A stretch of DNA of 64,000 nt. Origin: Dehalococcoidia bacterium. Its GTDB lineage: Bacteria > Chloroflexota > Dehalococcoidia > UBA2979. Shown piece by piece: positions 49,513-58,890 of the stretch. Under the pieces are notes generated by a model. The model did not search any database. It saw only the letters and a program-made list of their open reading frames with translations, and was not told where the DNA came from. Each line of letters begins with the position of its first letter. The first letter of the stretch is position 1. Both the position numbers and the translations under genes were made by a program. The stretch covers positions 224,001 to 288,000 of the forward strand of contig OZ219871.1 of the NCBI GenBank assembly GCA_964291495.2. The letters run 5' to 3'.

Positions 49513-50409
49513 ATGGCTGAACGCACGTTGAACGTTGGGGCAACGCGACAGTTCGCCAGCGAGACGCGCCACCCCGCGATCGATGCTTCGATCCGGATCG
49601 TCCGCAACCCGGTCGGCGGCGGATCGACGATCGTGCTGATCGGGCTGATCGGAGCCGCAGTCGTGGCCTGGGCCGGTTTCGGCGGCGACCCCTACACGAG
49701 CCTGGGCGGGCGGCTCGACAGCCCCAACCGCGACTTCCTGTTCGGCACCGACCAGATCGGGCGCGACGTGCTCGCCCGGGTCCTGCAGGGCGCCGTCATC
49801 TCGCTTTACGTCGGGTTCCTCGCCACGGGGCTGGCGGGCGGCCTGGGGTCGCTCGTCGGGCTGGTCAGCGGGTTCGCCGGCGGCTGGCTGGACCTCGTGA
49901 TGCAGCGCGTCGTGGACGCGCTGCTCTCGATTCCCGGGCTCGTGCTCGCCCTCTTCTTCGCCGCGGTCTTCGACCCCAGCACGGAAACCGGCGTGCTGGC
50001 GATCACGATCGCCATCACGCCCGCGGTCTCGCGCGTGATCCGCAGCGCGGTGCTCGCCGCGAAGGAGAACGTCTACGTGGAGGCGGCGCGCACGATCGGC
50101 GCCACACCGCTGCGCATCATGGTGCGGCACGTGCTGCCCAACGTGACCGCGCCGATCCTGATCATGATGTCGACCCTGCTCGGCGCGGCGATCCTGATCG
50201 AGGCCAGCCTCGCCTTCCTCGGGATGGGCGCGCAGGAGCCGGACCCGTCGTGGGGCGTGATGCTGCGGTCGGCTCGCCAGTTCATGGAGGTCGCGCCCTG
50301 GCTGGTGCTGGCGCCGGGCGCGGCGATCAGCGTCACGGTGCTGGCCTTCAACCTGCTGGGCGACCGCATCCGGGACGTGCTGGACCCGCGCCTGCGAGGA
50401 TCGCGCTAG
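49513..50409 (+). CDS. Peptide ABC transporter permease (DppC/OppC-like)
   Basis: FGTDQIGRDV, YVEAARTIGA, HVLPNV, FNLLGD..RDVLDPR. Confidence 0.93.
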   Translation: MAERTLNVGATRQFASETRHPAIDASIRIVRNPVGGGSTIVLIGLIGAAVVAWAGFGGDPYTSLGGRLDSPNRDFLFGTDQIGRDVLARVLQGAVISLYVGFLATGLAGGLGSLVGLVSGFAGGWLDLVMQRVVDALLSIPGLVLALFFAAVFDPSTETGVLAITIAITPAVSRVIRSAVLAAKENVYVEAARTIGATPLRIMVRHVLPNVTAPILIMMSTLLGAAILIEASLAFLGMGAQEPDPSWGVMLRSARQFMEVAPWLVLAPGAAISVTVLAFNLLGDRIRDVLDPRLRGSR

Positions 50410-50419
50410 TCGCGCCCGG

Positions 50420-51919
50420 CTACTCCGGCCAGAGGTGCTCCTCGAAGGCCCAATCGAGCAGCCAGCGAGCCTCGTTGAAGCGGTTCGGCGCGTTGAGCAG
50501 CACGACGAAGAGCCGCCGATCGTCGCGCGCGGCAGACGCCACCAGCGTCAGGCCGGCGTCATCCGTGAAGCCGGTCTTGACGCCGTCGGCATCCGCGTAG
50601 CTGCCGAGCAGGTAGTTGCCGTTCCGCATCGAGAGTTCCCGCGAGCCGCGGGCCGTCCAGTACGTTTCGCCGACGATCGAGGCGAACTCGGGCAGCGTCA
50701 TCCCGTAGCGGGCGAGCATCGCGAGGTCATAAGCAGAGGCGTGGTGCCCGGCCTCGTCGAGGCCGTGCGGGTTCGCGAACTCGCTGTCGTCGAGGCCCAG
50801 CCGGTGCAGCAGGGTGTTCATGGCGGCCACGAACTCCTCGTCCGATCCGCTCAGGTGCCGCCCCAACGCCAGCGCCGCGTCGTTGCCGGAGGGCAGCATG
50901 AGGCCGTAGAGGAGGTCCGCCACGGTGAAGCAGTCGCCGGGCAGCAGCCCCATCAGCGAGCTGTCGTACATGAGGCGGCTGTCGACGTCGGTTTCCACCC
51001 AGCCGCCGAGGTCGCTGCCCTCGATCGCCAGGATCGCCGTCGCGATCTTGGTCAGGCTGGCCGGGGCAACGGGTAGCCGGGCGTGCTTGTCGTAGAGCAC
51101 GGCGCCGGAGCCGGCGTCGATGACGATCGCCGCCTCCGCGCTGATCTGCGGAGCGGGGCTGGCGTGAACGGGCTGCGGCGCCGCGGAGCTGGGCGGCGGA
51201 ATCGGCAGGGCCGCCGTCGCGGGCGCCCCCTCGATGCTGCGCGCGAGGCGTCCGACCGCGTGGTCGCACTTGATCATCAGCGGTGTGCCGGCCGGGATGC
51301 GCCCGCCGGGGAACTGCTGGAACCAGGCGACGTTCACGAAGGCCGGCGCCCCGAACAGATAGGAGATGAAGCCGCCCCCGGTCTTGTTCGCCCAGACCGA
51401 TCGCAGATTGCAGCCCTGCAAGGCAGCCGCGTTGGCAACTCCATGGGCCGTGCCGCCGCCCCAGAGAACCAGCCCCCATCCCGACTCCGGAACCCAGCCC
51501 AGCAACCCCGGCCCGATTCCCGAGACTCCGGCCTGTGATCCGCAGGCGGGGGTGGGCGGGACCGGAGCGAGGAACTCCGCGGCCACCCAGCCGGCGACGC
51601 CAAACACCCGCACGCGCTGCCAGTCGTACCCGTCCGCGCTGGCCGAGCCCTCCAGCACGTCCAGCGTCGTCCCGTCCTCGATGCAGCTGATCTGGCTGCC
51701 GGAGAGGGAGGGGGCGTCGCGCAGCCGCAGGCAGTCGCCGTCGCCGCGCACGACTGCCTCGTGGCCGGGAACGAGCTGCCCGAATGCAGGGCGCGCGGGC
51801 GCATCGAGCATGGCGCTGCTCGATGCCGCGCCGGCGGACGCCGAACCCAGCGCGGCTACGGGCGCGACGAGGACGGCAAGAAGAATGAGGGCAACAAAAA
51901 ACCGGCGAGGCATGACCAC
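50420..51919 (-). CDS. D-alanyl-D-alanine carboxypeptidase (peptidase S11) with N-terminal SH3b and an unknown middle domain
   Basis: Signal peptide; SH3b-like LRLRDAPS..GWVAAEFL; SxxK (ASLTK), SxN (SGN) and KTG motifs. Confidence 0.9.
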   Translation of the reverse strand: MVMPRRFFVALILLAVLVAPVAALGSASAGAASSSAMLDAPARPAFGQLVPGHEAVVRGDGDCLRLRDAPSLSGSQISCIEDGTTLDVLEGSASADGYDWQRVRVFGVAGWVAAEFLAPVPPTPACGSQAGVSGIGPGLLGWVPESGWGLVLWGGGTAHGVANAAALQGCNLRSVWANKTGGGFISYLFGAPAFVNVAWFQQFPGGRIPAGTPLMIKCDHAVGRLARSIEGAPATAALPIPPPSSAAPQPVHASPAPQISAEAAIVIDAGSGAVLYDKHARLPVAPASLTKIATAILAIEGSDLGGWVETDVDSRLMYDSSLMGLLPGDCFTVADLLYGLMLPSGNDAALALGRHLSGSDEEFVAAMNTLLHRLGLDDSEFANPHGLDEAGHHASAYDLAMLARYGMTLPEFASIVGETYWTARGSRELSMRNGNYLLGSYADADGVKTGFTDDAGLTLVASAARDDRRLFVVLLNAPNRFNEARWLLDWAFEEHLWPE

Positions 51920-52179
51920 ACCCGAGCCATTACCCGCCAGCTCGCCGTTAAGTATACACGCCAGCGGCTGCGAGGCGCAGCAGGCGAGGTCGAGCCGGGA
52001 TCCGGCGCCGGACTACGGGGTGCTTACCAACGTTTGTGATTAACCTTCAACTTCTGAAGGGCATCCTCTGGTTCAGCTGGCACTTACCAGGAGCAGGACA
52101 TGCTGCTCGTGACTGCGGACTGCAAGGTCTACCGGTTCAACTCCAGCACGTGGAGCCCACGTTCTCGGGGCGGGCGCAG

Positions 52180-52340
52180 TCAACTCCCCTTCGAGCGGAT
52201 GAGCAGATAGGCCATGATGACGCCTATCACTGCGTAGAAGATGAGGTCGTCACGCTTGGACCTGGCCCAGTAGTCGGAACGATTGAACGGCCAGCGGTCC
52301 TTCCACTTCCTCCTTGCCCATGACTGGAGCGCTGCTCCAT
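52180..52340 (-). pseudogene. Possible frameshifted single-TM microprotein
   Basis: ATG at 52340. An alternative frame without its own start reads SWARRKWKDRWPFNRSDYWARSKRDDLIFYAVIGVIMAYLLIRSKGS*. Confidence 0.3.
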
Positions 52341-52498
52341 TAGGCTACATCGAGAAGCAGCGTCAGATACAGGCTCAAGCCCAGCCTGCTGAGTAGTACG
52401 AACCCGACGATCCCGGCGCCCATCAAGAGCACGATGCGCAACAGGTCGCCCCTTGGTGGTAGTTCGTCCCACGGCACCTCGTCGCCTAACCGCCTCAT
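52340..52498 (-). CDS. 52-aa hydrophobic microprotein
   Basis: Read manually: MRRLGDEVPWDELPPRGDLLRIVLLMGAGIVGFVLLSRLGLSLYLTLLLDVA; TAATG coupling to the next ATG. Confidence 0.4.
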   Translation of the reverse strand: MRRLGDEVPWDELPPRGDLLRIVLLMGAGIVGFVLLSRLGLSLYLTLLLDVA

Positions 52499-52577
52499 CC
52501 TCGGAACCACCTGTCGATCTCGTCACCCCAACGCCACCAGCGGCTCTTGCAACCCCAATCACAAACATAAACGCCCC

Positions 52578-54083
52578 CTAGTGGTAGATGATCATGTCCG
52601 GCACGTGCGTGAGGGCCTGGATCTGCTCCGGCGACATGATCGGGTCGTCCTGCCGGAAGAACAGCTTGATCGCCGACCGCTCCGAGGGCGCGGCGAGCGA
52701 GTAGCGCTCGTAGTGCAGCAGCTTCAACCTCGCGCCGCCGAAGCCGTCCATGTCGATCGTGATCTCGACGCCGGCGACGTCCTCGACCGCCTCGCGGTCA
52801 AGCAGCATCCAGTCGACGAACTGATGCACGACGAGGATCTTCGGCGGCAGCCCCTCGTCCTCGACGAGCTCCGCGAGGTAATGCTGGACCTCGTTGAGTT
52901 CTTCGGCCTCCAGCGAGCCGATCGCCAGGCCGGGACGCACACCCCGGCTCAGGGTCGCGAATTCGGGGTCGAGCGCCAGGTGCACGAACGGCTCGCGCAG
53001 GAAGCGGTCGAGCAGCTTGACCTCGGTGAGCGGGTCGCTCCAACCGATCTGCACGTCGAGGAAGAGCAGCATCCCGTAGTCGCGAGCTGCCTCGACATAC
53101 GACTCGATCCTGTCGTCGGTCATCCGGCTCAGGTACGTACCGTCCGCCGTGGGGTAGGCCTGAGCGACAGCGGTGATCAGGTGGAACGCCGGGATCACAT
53201 CGCGTGGGCCGTTCAGCCGGTCGTAGCGCTCAGCCCAGGTTGCGACCTCCCTGGCTGTCTCCGCAGGCGAGCCCTTGCCGAGCGCGCCCATCACCGGCAC
53301 GCCCGGGTAGCCGTAGAAGGCGACGACCTGGGCGTGCTCGAACGGGGAATCGGTCTCGCGAGGCCGCGGGAACGTCCACGGCCGCTCCGCATCGGAGATC
53401 ACGAGGTACTCGCCGCCCGGGGCCAGGTATGAGAGGCCCTGCATCCCCGGCGGCACGCCGTCTCCCCAGCCGACCGAGTGCCACGGCTCGTCTTCGAGGA
53501 CCACCCAGACGGAGAGACCCGGGACGAGGCCTCCCGGGCCGCGCTCCCACTCCGCCCAGCCGAGCGCCCCGCCGGCGAAGGCATCGGGCACCTCCATGCG
53601 CGGTCCGCTCCATTGCAGGCGCATCGAGCCGGGCTTGAGCAGCACGTCGCACTGCGGAAGCGCCCTGACGCCGCGGATCGGGACCGACTGGAACCAGCCG
53701 AGGGCCTCCGAGGCGACCTCGACAGTTGGATCCTGACCGCGGCAGAGATACGCCCGCTCGTCCCTGATCCGCAGCGGCGAGCGCGCCTCCACGAAGTGCG
53801 CCGAACCGGGGCCGCCCGGCACGTGCACCTCCACCCGTGCGGTGGCATCGCACATAATCTCGATCTCGAGCGGCGTGCTCAGGGTGCCGAGGGGCGCCGC
53901 GCCGGCCTCGGCCGCGACCTGGCAGGGTGCGGCCGCTGCCGTGGCGGGGCCGCCACCCGCCAGCGTGAGCGCGATCGCGGCAAGCGCCGCAACGAGCGCG
54001 GCCAGAGCGGAAGGCAGGGAGATTCCGAGGGGAGTCCGACCCCGGGGTCGCGCCATGCGACCCAGGCGGTGCAGCGGTGGCAT
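52578..54083 (-). CDS. Secreted protein with a conserved C-terminal glycoside-hydrolase-like domain; start may be slightly downstream
   Basis: Signal peptide; VVAFYGYP, LFLDVQIG, VHLALDPEF, KILVVHQF, DMDGFG motifs. Confidence 0.65.
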   Translation of the reverse strand: MPPLHRLGRMARPRGRTPLGISLPSALAALVAALAAIALTLAGGGPATAAAAPCQVAAEAGAAPLGTLSTPLEIEIMCDATARVEVHVPGGPGSAHFVEARSPLRIRDERAYLCRGQDPTVEVASEALGWFQSVPIRGVRALPQCDVLLKPGSMRLQWSGPRMEVPDAFAGGALGWAEWERGPGGLVPGLSVWVVLEDEPWHSVGWGDGVPPGMQGLSYLAPGGEYLVISDAERPWTFPRPRETDSPFEHAQVVAFYGYPGVPVMGALGKGSPAETAREVATWAERYDRLNGPRDVIPAFHLITAVAQAYPTADGTYLSRMTDDRIESYVEAARDYGMLLFLDVQIGWSDPLTEVKLLDRFLREPFVHLALDPEFATLSRGVRPGLAIGSLEAEELNEVQHYLAELVEDEGLPPKILVVHQFVDWMLLDREAVEDVAGVEITIDMDGFGGARLKLLHYERYSLAAPSERSAIKLFFRQDDPIMSPEQIQALTHVPDMIIYH

Positions 54084-54190
54084 AGGGGCGTTCCTGTCCG
54101 GTTACCCCCACTACCATTATCGACAGCCGAGCCCGAAAGTAAAACCCGCCGCCGGTTGCGCCCCCGGGCCGCGTGCGCTACCACCCCCGC

Positions 54191-54913
54191 ATGCTGGAAC
54201 GCATCGCAGACACCGGGACCACCGAGGGCGTGCGCGAGCGCCGCTTCGACATCGTGCGCCCAGAAGGACGTGTGCCTGGCGTGCTCTGGACGCCGCAGCA
54301 GCGGGGCGGCGCCACGCCGCTGGTGCTGCTCGGACACGGCGGCGCCGGGCACAAGCGCGACGAGAGCCGCCTGGAGCGTGCGCACGCCTACGTCCGGCGC
54401 TACGGCATCGCCGCCGCCGCCATCGACGGCCCTTACCACGGCGACCGCGCCGCCCGCGGCCGCGAGCAGCGCTACGACGCCGCGGTGGCCGAGGAGATGG
54501 TGGGCGATTGGCAGGCGACGCTCGACGCGCTGCTCGGCCTCGGCGAGTTCGACGAGGAGCGCATCGGCTACGGCGGCGTCTCGATGGGGACGATGTTCGG
54601 GCTGCCCTTCCTCGTTGCCGACGGCCGCATCCGCGCGGCGGTGCTTGGCCTCTGCGGCGTGCGCAGCTCCGCCCGGACTGAGGACAGCCTCTTCGTGCGC
54701 CTGGTGCGGGACGCTCCTCGCCTCAGCTGCCCGACGCTGTTCCTGATGCAGTGGGACGACGAGCTCTTCGATCGCGACGGGATGCTGGCGCTCTTCGACC
54801 TGCTCGGCTCGGCCGACAAGCGCCTCTACGCCAACCCCGGCGGCCACGCCGAGACGCCCGAGCACGTGCGCGACATCGGCCTGGAGTTCATCGCCGCGCA
54901 ACTGCTCGCGTAG
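54191..54913 (+). CDS. Dienelactone hydrolase-like alpha/beta hydrolase
   Basis: LLGHGG, GVSMG nucleophile, WDDE, NPGGH: complete triad. Confidence 0.85.
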   Translation: MLERIADTGTTEGVRERRFDIVRPEGRVPGVLWTPQQRGGATPLVLLGHGGAGHKRDESRLERAHAYVRRYGIAAAAIDGPYHGDRAARGREQRYDAAVAEEMVGDWQATLDALLGLGEFDEERIGYGGVSMGTMFGLPFLVADGRIRAAVLGLCGVRSSARTEDSLFVRLVRDAPRLSCPTLFLMQWDDELFDRDGMLALFDLLGSADKRLYANPGGHAETPEHVRDIGLEFIAAQLLA

Positions 54914-54974
54914 CCCGCGAGCGCGCGGGCCGCTACGCTGCCCTCACGGGCCCGGTCCGCCGCCGGGGCCAGAG

Positions 54975-55685
54975 ATGCAGCGCAAGGACGGACCGCCGAT
55001 GGAAGTCGCAAACGAACTCATGGTCCGCGGCATCGTCGTCGGGGTCTTCCAGGAGAACTGCTGGGTGGTCGGCAACCGCCGCACGGGCGAGGCGATCTGC
55101 ATCGACCCCGGCGACCAGCCGGAGGAGATCCTCGCCCTCGCGCGCGACATGGGCGTGACGATCAAGGCGATCGCCAACTCCCACGCGCACCTCGACCACA
55201 TCCTCGGCGTCCACGGGGTGCACGAGGCGACCGGGGCGAAGTTCCTGCTGCACGAGAGCGACCTCGACCTGCTGCAGCACGGCTGGAAGGACTCGGCGCA
55301 ACGGATGGGGCTGGACCTGACGCAGGGCCCGCCCGACCCCGACGGTTATGTCGAGGAGTCCGACATCGTCGAGGTCGACGGCGTGCGCCTCCGCGTCATC
55401 ACCACGCCCGGGCACACGACCGGAAGCGTCAGCTACTACAACGAGGACGCGAAGTTCCTGTTCAGCGGCGACACCCTCTTCCGCGGCTCGATCGGCCGCA
55501 CCGACATGCCGGGCGGCAGCTACGCCGAGGAGATGACCAGCATCACCGAGAAGCTGCTGGTGCTGCCGGACGAGACGGTCGTGCTGCCGGGCCACATGCA
55601 GGAGACCTCGGTGGCCTTCGAGAAGGAGCACAACCCGTTCGTGCTGGACTGGGAACGGCGGCGCGCCGCCGCCGAGAGCCAGTAG
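54975..55685 (+). CDS. MBL-fold metallo-hydrolase (glyoxalase II-like)
   Basis: SHAHLDH, TPGHT, FSGDTLF, LPGH. Confidence 0.93.
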   Translation: MQRKDGPPMEVANELMVRGIVVGVFQENCWVVGNRRTGEAICIDPGDQPEEILALARDMGVTIKAIANSHAHLDHILGVHGVHEATGAKFLLHESDLDLLQHGWKDSAQRMGLDLTQGPPDPDGYVEESDIVEVDGVRLRVITTPGHTTGSVSYYNEDAKFLFSGDTLFRGSIGRTDMPGGSYAEEMTSITEKLLVLPDETVVLPGHMQETSVAFEKEHNPFVLDWERRRAAAESQ

Positions 55686-55704
55686 CCGCCGATCCCGAAG
55701 CGCC

Positions 55705-56214
55705 CTAGGCCCCTGCCGGGCCGCGCGTCCGGACCTGGTGCACGCGCCCGAAGAACGTACGAACCCCGAGGATCTCGACACTCCCGTGATCGGCCAGCGT
55801 GGTCACGTGCTGCTGCACCCAGCGGCCCGCCGGCTGTCCGCCGACCGCGGCAAGGGCGGCCGCGGTGAACGCGTTCGGGAACCGCGTCCAGGGGCGGCCG
55901 GTCGCGAGCACCAGCGTGGCCGCCAGTGCGCACAGCCCCGCGCCGACAGCGATCGTCGTGCCGCACAGCGGCGAGATCGCGAGCGACGCCTCGCCGGCCT
56001 GGAGGCGCCTGAGCGCCTCATTGGCGGCGTCGGCGACCTCGTCCGTCTCGAGGTCGCCGAGGATGACGTAGCCGCTCGCCGTGGCGCGCCCCGCGAGCCG
56101 CGTGGGGCCGCGGCGCGCGAGCAGGACCGCGACCGTCGCGTGCTCCAGCGCGTGATTGCGCCGGATCGCGTCGAGCCAGGGCCGGATCAACTCGAGCATC
56201 GCCCTCGCCTCCAT
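55705..56214 (-). CDS. Conserved membrane protein (DUF6391-like)
   Basis: IRRNHALEHAT, LAISPLCGT, two hydrophobic segments. Confidence 0.7.
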   Translation of the reverse strand: MEARAMLELIRPWLDAIRRNHALEHATVAVLLARRGPTRLAGRATASGYVILGDLETDEVADAANEALRRLQAGEASLAISPLCGTTIAVGAGLCALAATLVLATGRPWTRFPNAFTAAALAAVGGQPAGRWVQQHVTTLADHGSVEILGVRTFFGRVHQVRTRGPAGA

Positions 56215-56237
56215 GGATCGAGTGTAGCGGGGCGCGC

Positions 56238-57596
56238 TCAGTAGGCGCGGCTGGTCCCGGGCGCTCCGACCTCGAAGTCCGCATCGACGTCGATCCGGAC
56301 CTCGACATCCCTGCCCTCGCCGTTGGGCGTGCTGATGAGCAGTGTCCCCCGAGCCGTAGACCCCGGCAGCAGCGTGGGGTTGACCGTGATCGTGATCTCC
56401 GCCTCCCGGCTACAGCCGCGGCCGGTGCAGGCGATGTCCGATCCGAGGGCAACCCCGGCCGGCGGATCGACCACGATCCAGCCGTCCGACGACGTTGCCG
56501 ACCAGGAGAGGATGCCCGTGCCCGAGTTCCTGATGTGCACGGTCGCGCGGGTCTCCTCGAAGGTTCCCTCCGTGCGGATCTCGATCGGCGGCGCGTTCAC
56601 GGAGAGTCGCGGCGATGCGAGAACCGCGGAGCGGAACCCTCCGCGAACAGAGGGCGGCTCCGTCTGGTGCGCGGGCTGCGGCGTGGGCATGTCCATGCCC
56701 GCGAACGGGAAGCGGAAGTTCGCAATCGAAAGCGCCTCGAAGTAGCTGACCTGCGAGAGGTTCGGAAGCGTCGCGTCGACTGGACTCCAGAGCCGGGCGC
56801 CGTTCGGCGCGGGCGGGCGCGCCATGCAGCCCCAGATCAGCTCCTGGTAGGGGTAGCGGTTGCGCGACTGCGTTCCGTCGCAACGATAGCGCTCGCGCGG
56901 CCACCCGCCGAAGACGGGGTCGGCGGGGTGATTCGACCCGATTGCGCCGGGCCCGGTAAATCCGTTGTAGGACCAGACGGCGTAGTACCAGTTCTCGATC
57001 AGCTGCGGCGACGAGCCGGTGTCCGTGCCGACGATCGGGCGCGACTGCGGGGCGCGATTCCACTTGTCCGCGAGGATCGCCGCGCCTCGAGCGATGTTGT
57101 ACACGTAGTGCGTCGCCACGCTCACCTGCGTCTCGCTCGGCCGGCGGTCGGCGCCCAGCGGCAGCGTCATGCCTGTCGTTACCTGCATCACGCCGTGACC
57201 GCAGTCGAATGAGATCAGCGCGTCCCCGAGGGCTTCGAAGGAGACCGAGCGCGAGGCCATCGTGATACCGGACTCGACCCAGGCGACCGCGCGCAGCACC
57301 TCCACGGGCACCTGCCGCAGGGCGCTGTCGGAGCGGTTGCTGCGCGTCCCGACCTCGATTGTCGGCAGCCCGAAGAACGGGTTGTTCGGGAAGAGCGCGT
57401 TGACCGCCGCCGCGTCGATCACATCCAGGTAGGACGCGCGTGCGCGATCGGCCTCGTAGGTCTGCGGCGTGCGCAGGAATGCGCAGGCTCGCGCCGGTTC
57501 CGCGCCTCGAGGCGACGACCAGAGCCCGAGCGCCAACGCGGCGGCGAGGACGATCAGCGCCGCCCGCGCGATCCGGCGCAGGGCGACCTCAGGCAT
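56238..57596 (-). CDS. Secreted lysozyme-like/transglycosylase-fold protein with C-terminal BACON/Ig-like domain
   Basis: Signal peptide; LRAVAWVES (catalytic Glu), GVMQV, NIARGAAIL, AVWSYNG; IRNSGTGILSW....GWI. Confidence 0.75.
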   Translation of the reverse strand: MPEVALRRIARAALIVLAAALALGLWSSPRGAEPARACAFLRTPQTYEADRARASYLDVIDAAAVNALFPNNPFFGLPTIEVGTRSNRSDSALRQVPVEVLRAVAWVESGITMASRSVSFEALGDALISFDCGHGVMQVTTGMTLPLGADRRPSETQVSVATHYVYNIARGAAILADKWNRAPQSRPIVGTDTGSSPQLIENWYYAVWSYNGFTGPGAIGSNHPADPVFGGWPRERYRCDGTQSRNRYPYQELIWGCMARPPAPNGARLWSPVDATLPNLSQVSYFEALSIANFRFPFAGMDMPTPQPAHQTEPPSVRGGFRSAVLASPRLSVNAPPIEIRTEGTFEETRATVHIRNSGTGILSWSATSSDGWIVVDPPAGVALGSDIACTGRGCSREAEITITVNPTLLPGSTARGTLLISTPNGEGRDVEVRIDVDADFEVGAPGTSRAY

Positions 57597-58719
57597 CGCG
57601 CAGCCAGCCGATGAAGATCAGCTCGTGGTCCGCCAGTACGGTCGCCCGGCCGCCGGCGCTGGATATCACCACCAGCGACTCGCGACCCGGCTCATAGGCG
57701 TCGCGTCCGTCGAAGCTGCGCGCCGCCAGGTAGCGGCCGTCGCCGCTCCAGCCGAGCGGCGCGTCGAAGCCCTGCTCGGGCGCGGTCAGCCGCCCCTGTT
57801 CGCCGCCGTCCTCGAGCTGCAGTGTGAGCGGGGCTGCCCCCGCCAGGAATCCGGGCTCCTGGCCGAACGTGATGCCGTCGCCCGCGGGCGTCCAGACGGG
57901 CGAGAACTGATCGCCAACGAAGCCGTCGCTCGCCTCGATGCGCGGCTCGGCGCCGCCGTCGATCGCTGTGACGTGGAGGCGCTGAACCACGCGCTCGGCC
58001 TCGATCCGCGGCGCCAGGTAGGAGAGCGTGCCGCCGTCCGGCGAGAGGCGCCAGCCGCTTGCGATGTGATCGGAGGCGTGGAGCAGCAGCGTGGCGCCCT
58101 CGCCTTCGGCATCGACGCGGTAGAGGTCGGTGCCGCCGGTGGAGAGTTCGGCGTAGACCACGCCGCCATCCGCCGGAACGGCCACGGGCAGGATCCCGAA
58201 CCGCGTCGTCAGCTTGCGCACGGTCCGCCGCTCGCGTGTCGCGAGATCGACGCGCACCAGCGCCTGCGTCCCCTCGATGCCGTCGCTGCTGCGATAGACG
58301 AGGTAGCGACCCTCGCGGTCGAAGACGGGCGGAACGAGCAGATCGGCGTCGCCGGCGAGTCGCGTCAGATCGCCGCTGGCGGCGTCCAGCAGCCAGAGCT
58401 CGGCGGGGGAATCGCGGCGGGGTTCGGCCTCGGGCGGCAGGGCGACGAAGGCGATCAGGGCGCCGACCATCTCCGTCGCCGGCGTCAGCGCCCAGCCCTG
58501 CGCGTGCGGCACGCTCGCGAGCAGCTCGCGAGCCTCGAGGTTCCCGGCGGGCGCGGTGTAGATGCTGTCCTCGCCGGGGCCGAACTCGGCGAAGACGAGC
58601 CGCGCCTCGGCAACGGGCTCGTCCGGCTCGTCGTCGCCGAAATCACACGCGACCACGACACCGGCGGCGAGCAGGACGAGCAGGGCCAGCAGCGGCAGGA
58701 CACGGCGGGGCATGAGCAA
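57589..58719 (-). CDS. TolB-like/PD40 beta-propeller lipoprotein
   Basis: Lipobox VVAC; LSPDGGTLSY, PVWTPAG and WSGDGRYLA repeats. Confidence 0.75.
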   Translation of the reverse strand: MLMPRRVLPLLALLVLLAAGVVVACDFGDDEPDEPVAEARLVFAEFGPGEDSIYTAPAGNLEARELLASVPHAQGWALTPATEMVGALIAFVALPPEAEPRRDSPAELWLLDAASGDLTRLAGDADLLVPPVFDREGRYLVYRSSDGIEGTQALVRVDLATRERRTVRKLTTRFGILPVAVPADGGVVYAELSTGGTDLYRVDAEGEGATLLLHASDHIASGWRLSPDGGTLSYLAPRIEAERVVQRLHVTAIDGGAEPRIEASDGFVGDQFSPVWTPAGDGITFGQEPGFLAGAAPLTLQLEDGGEQGRLTAPEQGFDAPLGWSGDGRYLAARSFDGRDAYEPGRESLVVISSAGGRATVLADHELIFIGWLRDA

Positions 58720-58890
58720 GCGCCTTCGGGCTTCCCGGAGAGTTCGGCCCCCGCCAAACGAGCCACAGTCACCTGTGGGCCAGAATCACGATATGAACCG
58801 CCGTCACGCGGTGTCAACGCGCACCCCCGGACGAGCTGCCTCGCGCCCCCTGCGAGGGCGCTCTGCGGCGACCCCTGCTACGCTGGAATC

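Larger units (their letters stand above)
52017..52577. mobile_element. Lower-GC islet bounded by imperfect terminal inverted repeats (non-autonomous element)
   Basis: Left end GGGGTGCTTACCAACGTTTGTGATT; right end reverse complement GGGGCGTTTATGTTTGTGATT. Flanks CTAC and CTAG. No transposase. Confidence 0.5.

Noticed and set aside
52036-52568. Track ORFs 52036..52323 (+) and 52227..52568 (-)
   Set aside because: No SD, no motifs and non-protein-like composition. The shorter hydrophobic frames are more plausible.
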